From contig CM052817.1 in the NCBI GenBank assembly GCA_028534125.1, positions 99,078,001 through 99,142,000 of the forward strand: DNA of 64,000 nt, read 5' to 3'. Origin of the DNA: Lama glama. Taxonomy: Eukaryota. Positions within the stretch are counted from its first letter, which is position 1. Each line of letters starts with the position of its first letter. This document shows, in pieces, positions 15,340 through 28,560 of this stretch. The notes beneath the pieces are model-generated. The model ran no database searches. It was not told the origin of the DNA and saw only the letters and a program-made list of their open reading frames with translations. Both the position numbers and the translations under genes were made by a program.

Positions 15340-15990
15340 ACCTCACTCAGTTTTATTTCCTCAAAGCACTATATTACCTGACATTACCTTTTTCTTTTCT
15401 ATTTATTTACTTATTAATTATCTCTCTCCTTCACCCTCTTTAGAATGGAAGCTGCCTAAGAGCAAGGACTTTTGCCCTCATCAGTACATCCTCAGAGCTG
15501 AGAGCAGATTTATGCACTCAATGAATATTTGTTCAATGAACAATTTATCCTTACAATCAAACAAAATATTTTGGCCTGTATCTTATAACCCTTTATCTTT
15601 TCTAGATTTTCTACAACTCAAACCCACTTTGCTAACTTCCCAGAAAAACCATGCTTCTTTGATGTTCCAATCGTCATTTTGCCTGTGGGCATTTATAGAT
15701 CCTGATCTCTCTACCCGAACTGTTCTTTCCTTAGACAGTCCTCATGGCCTGTTACCTCACTTCACTCAGGTCTCTACTGAAACAGCACATTACGAGAGAG
15801 GCATTATTGCTTTCCTTTTCTCTCTGGTAATTATCACCAAGTGACATATTTATCTGTATGTCTATCTCCACTAGACTATAAACTCCATGAGAGAAGTGTA
15901 TTATTCTTATTTCTTTACTGGTATATTCTCAACACTTGGTATCCCTGCTAAGTGGTAGGCAGTCAACAAATTCTGTTGAATGAATGGATA
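15340..15990. mobile_element. Two tandem L2 3' fragments
   Basis: ctccactagactataaactccatga and ctcaatgaatatttgtt.aatgaa / gttgaatgaatg L2 tails. Confidence 0.55.
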
Positions 15991-18829
15991 GGCACCGTCT
16001 AAGTTAGTGCTGTTATGGAAACAACAACCTCCACACAATTTCTTTGGCTTTCTGAAATCTTTTTCAAGAAGTATCAATAATAAATATGAAACCCAGGAGA
16101 CCTGGATAAGTGGAACTCCACATTTAACTGTAACTACAGTCCAACAGGAGGGCTTACGTTTACAGTCTATTAATTAAAGGAAGGCACAGCATGTGGACTC
16201 CAAAGATACACTTCCCAGTTCTCAGATGTAAGAGACTCAGCTGCTGTGCTAGATCTCTACCAAGTACACCATTTAAATATAAATGAAAAACTTCATGCAT
16301 GTTTGATTAGCTATTATCACGTTAGTTTTAGTTCCATCTTTCCAGTCACAACTGTTAGTTTTCAACAGTTTCGCGAAAACTGAAAAAGACGAAGTGGACT
16401 TTTTTATACGGTGTGCTCTTACAGATCTTATAAGGCGCTGTCATTCTCACCTCCATCTTGGCGCTTGATTGATTACTCCTTTTTCTTATGTTCATTAATC
16501 TCATCACCTTATCTTTTATACCACTTCATTTTAGCAGAAAGGTAATAATAAAACCCTCATCCATTATCCTTTTACTCATCTAGTCAAGCGGAAATGGTTA
16601 ATAACATGCTACAAATTGAACTTCAATCACCTCATTTTCTCCTTTGTTGAATACACATTAAAATATATTCCAAAAGTGCAATTTGTTTTACAGGAGAATT
16701 TGTGTTATATTGCTACAGACAACTAAAATTAAGTGTTTCTCAGTTCAGTTATTAAATATATCCAAGTGCTCTTTTATCGATAATACTAAAACATTAACTC
16801 ATTTTATTAGGGCATAATAATATAAGAGCCTTATCTCCCAGAACACAAAGACATCTAGACTACCTAATAGTATGTGTTAGATGATGGGTCATTTATCTTT
16901 AAGAAAAAAATACCAGTGATAATTTATGAATTGGTACATTACTGCAGATGAAATTGGTCTCTATTTTTAAAAGTTAATTTGTTTACATGCAGCCTTATCT
17001 TGAAATGCAAGCCCTATTAGTGAAGAAGTCTATAACTGTCATATAAAACAGAAAGAGAAGAATAGATATATACATAAAATAGAAAGACATAATGATTTAA
17101 GATTTTAAAACTATGCCCTTTTGAATGGAACAAATATATAATTAGACTGTGCTTTTCAAAAAGGAAAAGGAAAAATGACTGATAAAATTACACATTTTTA
17201 TATACATTACAGCAAATCCTTGTTGAAATGAGGTTTAATAGTCCTGAAATTATTAGCAGGGAAATGGCTATCTTTTTGTGGAGAAGAGATTTTCCATTAA
17301 TTTGGGTGAGAATCTTCTATTTGTAAATGGGCATGCTCACCAACTGACTAAAACCTAGACTTATAGCAATGCTGGAAAATTTAACAAGATAATCAAGGCT
17401 TATTGGATATTATCTTCCAATCACCCTGAAAAAATGTTCTCTAACTGTAGGAAAAAATTTACCAACTGACTTACTATCAATATTTGAGCCCCCAAACTGT
17501 ACCACTTCTTAAGAATAAAATTCATCTTCACTATGAAAAAAAATTTGTAATATACTTATAAATCTATTTTCTTACACTGTTGCTTTTTTAAAAAGTCCCT
17601 TTTTATCCATTAAAATGTTTCACTGTAAAATACACACAAAAATGATTTATGACAATTACAAAGTTATACAATTTTATAGCATTGTGTACTCAATGTTTTG
17701 TTATTTCAGATTCAAGAACCGGTGTCCTTTTTTTGTTTATATTTGCTTTAGGACTTTTTAGAACATAATCCAGGGTTCCCAATAAATAAGTTCATTCTCT
17801 TTTTGCATGATTTCATACAGCTTGTGTTAGTGGAAGATTTTTAAGATACCTGTCCTATTAGGCATGAATTACATGTCATAGTTACATTATGCTGCCCAGA
17901 GATAATCTTCATTTTTTGTCAACTACACAAAATAAAAGAACATTATAATAGCAATAGGCTAAAATTATTGAATACTTATTTCCTACAAAGAACTGATAAT
18001 ATACTACTAAGTTTATATTACTGAATATATATTTTCCTTTTAAGGAGAGGGAGGAATTAACATTTAATACTGTTTAGCATATGAAAATTGGAAAGGAATC
18101 AATAAATAAGCCTATGCATTCAACAGTTTTGATTGCAATCTCTAAACATCCTTGAACTATATCAGATGCCAATGCCTATAAGCATAGGAGTTCATCAATT
18201 TAATGAGGATTCAGGCAAATCAGCTGCTTAATGAGAACTCCAGCTACTGTGGCAGAGATTTTGCTCCAGTGCAAACAAAATCAGTGTGATAAAACTGGCA
18301 AACGGATGCAAGCCTATGTCTTTTTAAAATCAGTATTTCATGTACGGCAAACAGCAAAACGTGATCATTTGGAAACATTTTTATTTATACTATTTATACT
18401 TTCATGTGTTTTAATATTTAGACATAATGGTTTCATTTTTTAAATATTCCTAACCTTCCTCTCATCTATCCTGACTGTTTAACTCATCTCTCTAAATTTT
18501 TCTCTCTTTGTTCTCTTTCTACATTGAAATATACATGTAAGGTCATCATTTGAACAAGGACAATTTTTAATTATTGTTTTTGGAAACGGTAATTCCCAAC
18601 TTAATGGTTAAAAAAACCCCACAAACATTATTTAAACTTTCTTGTTAGCTGAGTAATGCTTTGGTCCATAATTTGGAGAACTATCTACTTTAAAAAAAAC
18701 AAAATTAAGAATATTCAAAATTGAAGATGGACAGTATCTTTTAACATTTTTTAAAGAATAAAATACTTTCATTCTTAAGACAAATATTACTCCTACAGCT
18801 TCACAGCAGTGGTGTGAGTAAGAGAAGAA

Positions 18830-19550
18830 GGTTTCCATGACCAATGGTGGGTCTGGAGATACTGTGGGTCTTGTCTCCTCACATGTTCCAACATGAGGCA
18901 CCATCACCCATGATACAGTTTACCTAAAAACATTTACTTTAACCTAATTAAGCCTTTACATTTAACTGGTTTATAGGAATTACAAAGAATAGAAGAGCAA
19001 GCTAAATAATTACAAGAAAGCAAATAAATAAAGGCAGAAGGTGGGACATTCTACAGGATAAATGGCCTAGTCTCTTCAACAAGGAAGTGTCAGAAGTAAA
19101 GGATAAAGGATTGTTCTAGAAGGAAAAAGACTTAAGGAACAAAACCACCAGATACAAAGTACAGTCCTGGTTTGGGCTAACAAATTATACAGAATATCTG
19201 GGGGACAAGATGATACATTTAAAAATAGGTTAGGTATGAGATAATATTAAGGAATATTATTAACTTTGTTAGGTAATAGCGTTATCTTAGTCTATGATGG
19301 AAACTATATTCTTTTAGTGAAATTTTTAAAAAGTATTTGGAATAGATAGTTGGGTATCCAATTTACTTTAAAATCTTTCAGTATGTCAATTGTGGTAAAG
19401 GCAGAAAGGGGACACAAAAAGGGCCTCTGGTGCTGGCAATGTTCGTTTCCTGTTCTGGCTGCTGGTATAATGGAACAGTCCAGTCTGCAAAAAGTCAGCA
19501 AGTTATACAATTATGTGCATTTTTCTGTAGAAAATAAATTTCAATGAAAA
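18830..19550 (+). mobile_element. L1ME/L1MC-like 3' end fragment
   Basis: gtgggacattctacagga...gtctcttcaac, gataatattaaggaat..ttaa, ttatgtgcatttttctgta motifs. Confidence 0.5.
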
Positions 19551-19589
19551 ATGAAAACTTCATCAGCCTTAAAAATAAGAAAGTGAATT

Positions 19590-19725
19590 AACTAAAATGC
19601 ACGGGCTCTGGGACGAAGTGCCTAGGTTTAAATTTTGGCTCTACCACATACTAGCGCTGACCATGAGTCAGTTACTAACATCTCTGTACCTCTTCACCTG
19701 CAAAATGTGAGCCATAATTATTCTT
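19590..19725 (+). mobile_element. MIR SINE
   Basis: ggctctaccac..actagc...ctctgtacctc..cacctgcaaaatg. Confidence 0.55.
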
Positions 19726-22700
19726 TAACATCAATAACCCCAATTTCTAAGGTGGCTTGTTTTTTATGTGCCATTTTTGTGTATGTGTGTTAGACTACCT
19801 TTCTTATTCAGCCCCAGAGTTCTAATTCCCTAACTCTGAAAACTGGAAACATCTGAAATAAATCTAGAACAGGAGTACTAGTCTATTACTAGTCTTGAAC
19901 TGAATGCCTGTAGTCTTAAAAAGTTGAAATAAAATTTATAACATCAACTTAGTTTTAAGTGCATGTTAAGAGATGTACCTGCTCTCGATAGTTCCTTGGA
20001 CGTGGCAGTCATTGTGTGGTACGATTCTAGCCCGAAGTAACATATACCAGAATACTGCACATTAATTTCACCTGAATACCATTTAACATGCTAAGTGATC
20101 TGAAAAATAGAAACTGAGATACATATATATCTTAGAGTTCATAAAGGAGAAATGAAGAAGGTATTGCTCACAAGACTATTCAAGTATTTATCACTACTAG
20201 AAGTATGTATATTTTATCAGCAATGGAACTCTAAAAACATCTTTTAGAGTATCAGTTCATTAAACAATAATCAATGAGGGAATAAAAACATTTATGTACT
20301 TTAGGAATATTGCTTTAACATTTGAAATAATTTTCCCAATGTTTGGTATTTTATTTTTTTTAACTTAAGGTTTCGATGTCATTTGAAGCACATAATAAAT
20401 AGCTTTTAAATTCAATTGTTGCTAACTTATTACCAAGTCTTTTCCATTATATTTTCTGCCACTTGAAAATGAGCATCAAATATTTGAGGTTTAACAGAAA
20501 TTTTAATATGTGAACTGAGAATTATTTTTGTATTCTCACAGTCATACTATAATGTCATTAGATAGTATGCTGAACAACATTTTGAAAAGCAATGAAACTG
20601 AAGATTATATGGTATGGTGTCATGTTTTTTACAAAGTAGCTTAGGTGACTGTAGTTGCAAAATAGCTCAACAATAAGCAATTACAAGAATGTTCATAATA
20701 CATTCTTTATCAAAGTAGCAACTTACACTTTCCTAAAAATGTTTTCCCTTTTAAAATGTTATTATCTAATTCAGCGATACACAAGGGCTGTACAAATTAG
20801 TGCAATTATCTAACAGAAGATATAGCCACAGAACCTAGGAAGAGAGGCGCTATATGAGCAAAATCAACTTTACAGAGCATCCTCCTTAGAAACTAGACAG
20901 TATTAGCTGCAAATTTAAAGCTACTTTGTTGGCCTTAATGTTTTAACTATATAGATGTACTATTAAGTAAAATAACTTTTCTGATTTTCAATCTGACTCT
21001 TACAACTGCTAATACAGGGAGCACTGGAAATCATAAGGACGGTTTCAAAAACCGGTAGCTCTGTCAATTATGGTTACATTTGGCTACAGATAAAAGCTAA
21101 CTAAAAATGTTTTAAGCAAATTAGGCTTTTTTGTTTTTTGTCAAGTAGCAAAGGTAATCTAAAGGTAGCCAGTTACTGGATCACTGGCTCAAGAACACAA
21201 AGCTTGAGGTCTCTGATTTCCTTTACTTGTTCCAATTATTATGTTTAAATTTTAGGAAGGATAAGAGGAAGGAGAAGGCCAAAGAGCAAAAGGCAAGGCT
21301 GGGCTCAGTCAGCTCCACCTGTAAACACTCTCCTAGAACTCCAACCCAGCAACTTCCACTTACATCTTATTGACCAAAACCGTATCTAACTGCAAGTCCT
21401 ACCTTCAAGGAAAGCTAAGAGAGAGAGGGAGAGAGAGACAGAGATGGAGACATGGAGACAGGGAGAGAAAAAGGGAGGAGGCGGGGGGAGTGTGTGTGTA
21501 TGTTAGGCTGAGAACGTTGGTGCATTTGCAATTTCAGGATATTTGCAATTTTCTTAAATGTTTTCTTAACCTATGTCTCTCAAACTATTTTCATTCAAAG
21601 TATACCTTATTCCATAAGGTAATGCCAAATATAGACCTTGCCTCTCTGAAAAACATCTAAGGAGAAAAAATGTACCAGAGATGGGATAAATTATTTTGCA
21701 AAATGTATCAATTTCAGATATTTAAATAAATGTTTATGGTTTCTGCTGCCATTTTTAAAAATTATCAATAAAACATATATTACTTTGTCTGAATTATGCA
21801 TTACATTTTAGAACAGTACAACTTGTAGTACCTTTTAAACAACTTTTTACTTTTGAAATAAATCTCAAACAAATGCATTCACAGCCTCCCTGATGAAGGT
21901 ACCTTTAGACATTTCCTCCTCTCCCCACCACCCCACCCCATTCCCCAGATGCATTATAACCAACAGGTAAGAGAATAAATTCTGGAATCAGTTTGCCTTG
22001 TTTCAAAATGGCTCTAGCAATTTTGAGTAAATTAGATAATTTCTCTGGGCTTTATTTTCTTTGACTGTAAAAGAGTAGTAATAATTGTAACTGTAAGAAT
22101 TAAATGAGTTAACATATGTGTAACTTCTAGCATCATGTGTTGTAAGTATTCTTCCTTCTTCTTATTACCTTTTCCTTCATTTGAGACACACTCATTAAGT
22201 ACTTACTGTATACCAGACATTGTACTAAACACTAGAAATGCATGCTATGACCAAATCATACATGAACTCTCCCTTATAAACACAATTTTTACCATCTTTT
22301 TATTACTAGAAATATGAACATGGAGTTTGTTTTCTACAGCTAAAGAGAGAAGAATGCAAAGTAAAATAAATTTACAAAGCAATGAAAAAATTTATAAGGG
22401 ATTGAAGATTCCAAACAGTTTCTGTTTCCTGTAACATCCAGCTAAGAATGGTTTTAAAAGACAAATTCAGAATTGAACAAAAATAATAAAGTTACCCAAT
22501 CTTTTCAGAATTTCTATACCATTTAACTACAAATTTCATGACATAGCCATAATCATATAAAAAAGAAATTTTAAAAGTTTCAGAGCAAACTTTAAGAATA
22601 TTCACGATGCCTGGGTAGTATAAAAAAGTCAGACCAAAATAATTTTACATTAAGTCTTGCCACTAAAACACACAACAAAAGCAAATACATTGCCATTGGT

Positions 22701-23699
22701 ATTACCAAAAACATAAATGGAAATACTAATCTGCAAACCTCCTGAAAAAAAAAACTGGACAAATATTTAATAACTCAAAGGACTTTGCTAATTATGTAAA
22801 TGTCTATCTTTTTCACATGTAATTTCACTCAAACTTCCGCTCTTTTCCCCAATTAACAACCCTGCCAAATGTGTGGACTTGAAAAGGCCACAGCTTTATA
22901 CACAATTAACAGTCAAATTCTAACACAAATTACATGTCATTCTTATCTCTGTACACACATTGAACTGCTATATCTTGTTGCCAGCAGGCAGCTTGCACCA
23001 GGGAATACATCCTGAATTTGTTTAATGTCTAGGAATAACATTTCACACCTAGAGAGGAGATACTAACCACTGCCAACTACGCGAACGAAATTTACCATGC
23101 TCCCTCCTTTATATTTTGTCCAGACAAATAGGTAGTTTTACTAATCCATTCATCTGTTTTAACAAATATTTTCTTGGAGCATGAGATATAAAAGTAGTCT
23201 TCAGCATTCTAGAAAAACTCAGGATGATTATAGGAACCCTTATGTAGAGTAAAAATATTTTCTGAACTAGAAATTGTGGAAAAATCATTTGACAAATCAT
23301 CTGACAACAAGAAAAAAATACTTCATATTAGATGCATCCTAGAAAATTAGGTATGGTCACTATATCTGTGACTGTTTCTCTAGAAAGAGTTTCCAACAAT
23401 AGAAACACAAGAAGTAATCAATTTCTTATCTAGCAAGGATACCAATCATCACTTCAAAATGCTCAAATATGCCCTGATCTTTTGAAGTGTAATGTTTTAT
23501 TACCAGATACCGCAATAAATGTCATTTATATAATAAAAGAAAAACAAAAATACATCTCACATATATTAATATATATACATATTGTGTTTTAAAGGTACTA
23601 TATAAAAGGGAACTCTGTAAAGCAAAGAGACTTCTTAATACACAAGTTATCATTTTCAATTAACCTTTTAAATAAATCTGATTGGGTTAGTTACCAGCT

Positions 23700-24200
23700 T
23701 AAAACTTTTCAATGACCACTCACTGTGCTTAGAATAGTTTCAATTTCTTTAACTGACATCTGTCTACCTGTGTAGATTCATCTACAACCTTCTCCCCGTA
23801 CCCTAAGTTCCAATCATACTACTATTCTTTCTATTTCTCCATCTCAACCAAGCTCTCTCTCAAACTGGTATCTTTCCCTGAGTCTGGAATACACTTTCCC
23901 CATTTATCTAGTAGGCTCCTCGTTATCCTTCAGTTCAGTTTAAATGTCATTTCTTCAGTGAAGCCTTCCATGAACATCCTCCTCCTATCCCCTCCCCGCC
24001 AAATACACTAGACGTTGGGATAAACATTTCCATACTACCCCTAGTATGACATTTAATATAATACATTAGAAATGCTTATTGATCATACTCTGCTGGAATA
24101 TCAACTATGTGAGTGTCCCTAAGAAGAACCATTTCTGTCCAGCTCACTGTTGGATTCCCAAGATCTACACATAAGGGCCTGACCCTCAATAATTTTTGAT
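23700..24200. mobile_element. L2 fragment
   Basis: ctggaatacactttccc...ttatccttcag...taaatgtcatttcttcagtgaagccttcc. Confidence 0.55.
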
Positions 24201-24214
24201 TTCTCAAATTGGTA

Positions 24215-24275
24215 TGTGTGTGTGTGTGTGTGTGTATATATATACAAGAAAAGTGTGAGTGTGTATATATATATC
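24215..24275 (+). repeat. (TG)n/(TA)n microsatellite
   Basis: Seen directly. Confidence 0.85.
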
Positions 24276-24379
24276 AGGTCAAAGCAGAGTTAATATGCAT
24301 TATAATATCCATTTAAAATATTATACTCTCTTCCCATCATGACAAATCCCTTTCTATGTGTGTAAAATGTTCTGCTAAA

Positions 24380-24482
24380 TGAAGGGGAAGGAATGGGAGT
24401 GGGGATGGGGAGAGGGAGGAGAAGGAAAAGGGAAGGAGAAGAGGCAGAATGAGGAGGAAGAGGAAAAGGAGGAAGAAGAAAC
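24380..24482 (+). repeat. GA-rich low-complexity tract
   Basis: Seen directly (GGA/GAA-rich). Confidence 0.8.
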
Positions 24483-24554
24483 AGTGATGTGCTTGGACAT
24501 GGCATCAATTTGGTGCAATGGAGGTTGGTGGAAAGTAGTGAATTTGAAGTCAAT

Positions 24555-24760
24555 ACCCTAGATCTGAGTTCACACTGCACCACCTGTTATCTATAAGACG
24601 TCATTAAAGTTGCTTAAGGTCACAAAGCCTAATCTCCTCATCTGTAAAATGGGGAATATCAGTGCCTGTCCCACACATCTCAGAGAGCTGTGATGTATTA
24701 ATGAAATTAAGCTCGTGAAAGCCCTTAAAATCTGTGAAGCACTCCATAACAAAAGGAATT
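24555..24760 (+). mobile_element. MIR SINE
   Basis: ctcctcatctgtaaaatgggga core. Confidence 0.65.
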
Positions 24761-24769
24761 GTTAATACC

Positions 24770-24900
24770 TTTTTTATATTCTTTTTTTCTTACAGGTTAT
24801 TACCGGCTATTGAAAATAGTTCCCTGTGTTATGCAGTAGGACCTTGTTGTTTATCTAGCTCATATATAGCAGTTTGCTTCTGCTAACCCCAAACTCCTCT
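24770..24900 (-). mobile_element. L1 3' UTR fragment (artiodactyl type)
   Basis: tgaaaatagttccctgtgttatgcagtaggaccttgttgtttatc...taaccccaaactcc resembles the reverse complement of an L1 3' UTR. Confidence 0.6.
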
Positions 24901-27900
24901 AATATCGTTATTAATACCATAATTAAGGTAATCTCCGCTAAAAAGAATGCTTACTAATCATTTTGGAAAATTTTTGGCTTATTTATGAACTAAAATATGG
25001 TATTTAAAAATAATCACAAAAGTTTATAGTCAAAAGAATGTTACAAACTGATCACAAAATAAATTCAAATATTCTAAGATCTTGCTATAATCCCAGAACA
25101 TCTGAAATTTCTTGTTCTTGTAAAATCTGGTAATATTAAGTCCATTATAAATGTTTATTGCACTTTAAAATTCTACACATAGATGTTATTCTCAGCAATA
25201 ATCATAATCTTTTAAAAAATTTGAACAATTTACCTTTGTTTTTTAAAAAATATTTGCAACAAGAACTGTCTGCTATATAATTTCTAAAACTATTTTAAGC
25301 TTGTAATAAGTGTATATGCTCTGAATAATGGCTAAGAATAGAAGAGCTTCAAATCTGAGGTTAAGGACTTAAAGAAAATAAAAAGTTAGATTAGAACTCA
25401 TTAAGGCTTCACTAAGATAGTCATTTAAAAATATGATTACACACTGAAACCGAATTCCTTTAACTCACTTTGGACACTTATTCATGATCCTATTACCAAC
25501 TAGAGTAAAAATAATCCTGATTCTTAATTTTTGAGTGTTATAAAATTTAAGCTTTCCAAAATTCAGTGATAACCCTTCTGAGAAAATAGTTAATTTGAAA
25601 AGAAAGATCTTTTCTTTCTTCCTATTCATTATAAACTTATATATAATCATAAATAGCATAAGTTTCCCAAAAGGCTCTGAAGGCATTTAATAAATTATTG
25701 TAGTTAAAGCTTGAATAAATAAGTCTTTTTAAATCCTCATTTTTCATATACAAGAAATATTTATATATTGCACAAAAAGAATGCTATTACGATATGATGA
25801 CTTCGAACGAAAGTTCCAAAATCATACTATTCAACTAAAGGTTTCTTCAGCGATATTAACATGGCCACGCTGCACATGTTACTTTTAGCTTCTTTTATGT
25901 ACAACAAACTGCATTCAATTGGTGAACAAATACAATGTTTAGTATCATATTTAAAACCACCATTCAAACCTTTTCTTAATGCTATTATCAGTTTTTCTTT
26001 TGCAACAATTTTGTGTATAAAAATAAAAGCACTGGATTTTTATTAGTGCTGCCCCTTCTTTGTTTTGCTCCACTCTGCAAAGCCCTTTTGGGACACTAAG
26101 CCTGCATTTACCATAATACGGATTAAACTTTCTTTGTCCCATTGCACAGCGTTTGTTAGCAGGTTAGTCTTTTTACATTTTTCACAGGCAGCCTGCAGCT
26201 TACCCTTTAGGCCTCACTCAAAATACTTCTGTGGATTTACAGAAATGCCAGAGTGGTCTTGGGGTTAATTGGAAGATAAGTGCAGCCTTTTACATAGAGA
26301 CTCATTAAACATTTAGCCTTACCACAATCCAATATCCTTGGGAAAGAAAAGTTCTAGAGCAACTTCAGAAATAATAACATAGTGAAAGATTTTTTTTTTT
26401 TTAGTGACTACTGATTGTTTTATAGACTCGGAAATGCCTGATTTAACTGCTCTAAAGATGGTATAATTTCCCTGGTCAATTCTTTATCTTGGGTATTATG
26501 TGTTGATCATAAATAAAAGTGACCCGATTGTCTAAAGCAACTAAAGGCAAAATCTTCCAAATTTATGTTGAGAGATTTGAAGTAAAAACTCAACTGACCT
26601 GCAATGACAGGTAATATGTATTTCTAACCAAAAAAAAAAAAAAAATTAGTTCTCAGACATGTATTTTGTTGATTTTGTCCAAGTGAATCACCATACTCAA
26701 CTATCTTTGTCTATTAGGGCCTAATGGAAATGAACTTTACCAAACAAAATAATACCTGCAAAACGATTTTCAAAACAAATTGTTTCTTTAATTTTGGAAA
26801 CACACAAATACATAATTACACACTTATAAATGAAATCTGAAGTATACTTATTGCTATTAGGTTTTTTTTTTAATAATTATGCAAGGGAATTGTTATCCAG
26901 ATTAACTTTTCCATCCTCTTACCTCCTTCCAACACTATCACTCACACTTAGAAAGAAAAAAAAGAAAAGAAAATGCAACAAAACACACAGACACTTGAAG
27001 TAAAGGATTAGACATATTTGCCCAAGATGCAGATAACAAAAGCAAAAGTGAAGAAAATTGAAGAGACAGCCAAACTTCAGCAACAAAATGGTTAAAGAAT
27101 CTGAAGCATTGTTCCCCTTATTTTCAAAGTCCGCTATATTGTGAACAGCGCAAACATCAGACAAGTTAAGATTACTGACCATTATCTCCTTAATTTTCTC
27201 CGCTTTCCCTCACATTCCCTCTTGCTATCTGGGCACCATTTCTCTAAAGCTTTATTTCTGCTAAGAAGTAAACTTTCCCTAATCCATCTATTATGGAACC
27301 TTTAATTGGATTGGGAGCAGGGTGGTGTATAAAATAGCCCCTATTCACTCAAAAGGACTGTAGTTTTAGGGACTTAAAGGAGAAAGGTATTGTGAAAGAA
27401 AATCCTCAGGGAATCAAGGATTAAAATGTGGCTCTCTTAAATTCATCAACTCCAGAACACAAATGAATTGCTTCCTTAAACAGGTTAACTTTCCCAATAA
27501 ATGGCACAGCAAAATTAAAATTAAAATTTTACTCTGAGAAGAATAATGCATTTATAATAATAATTTTTGGCTTTATAAACAACTTACACTTCTTTTTTTT
27601 CTTCAGCTTAACAATACCATGCCAAGGAACAAGTGGAATGCCTTAAACATACTCAATTATATTCTCCCTACTCGACATATATATTTTCCCTATTAAATGT
27701 CTAAGGAGAAAAGCAAAAACACATTTTTTGAACTCAGTTTCTGCCTATGGTCTGGAAGCAATGCTGTGAGACAAGTTTGTTTCTAAGCAAAAATACATTT
27801 TGTTCTTACAGGGGATCAGATACAAAAATAATCAGTGTCACTCCTCTTCCCTTAACCAGCCATCCTCTTAGTCTGTTCCATACACTTCCCATCTCCAAAT

Positions 27901-28364
27901 GTCCTTTGTTAGGCTCTAATACTTCTGCCCTTTGCCCCTCCACAATGCACTTCCAACCATCTGAGGTATCTTCAACAGTGAAATAGGGCCACAGTTCATA
28001 CCTACCTATTCACCTACTGAACCAAAGACACTTAATGTGCCAAACCTGATCTCTAAAGTAAAATGAAATCTGGAATGTACATATCAACTTTAACCTCTCA
28101 AAAATACACGTGCTGTTTATCAAAACCATGGGAAATTGTAAAAGAGAAATGTTAGGGGAGACCAAGACTCCAAATAAAGTTGATACTTTGTGCGGCCACT
28201 AGGCTTCATTAAAAGGAACTAAAAATACATCAATGTTGGTGATTTAATTAACAGTACTTCTGTAAACACTTTAATTTAATTTTAAGAAATTTAGTCAATG
28301 TCAAGAAAACCTTCATAAAGTATCCCTTTTGTTTTGGAACCCTTGTATCACAACTTAATAATAA

Positions 28365-28560
28365 TCACACATTTATTGAACCCTTTCTAAGTGTCTGGCA
28401 TTGTGCTAACATTATTACAGGAATTATTTCATTTTATTATCTCAATAACCCAGCAAGGAAGAGACTAGCAACTATTTCACACATATGAGAAAACTATATC
28501 TTAAAAAGTTCAATGAAATTGCCAAGGTTACATAGCTCCAAAGAAAGTCAGCACTGGGAA
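28365..28560 (-). mobile_element. MIR SINE
   Basis: acatttattga...tctcaataaccc...tgagaaaact...tgccaaggttacatagct. Confidence 0.55.
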
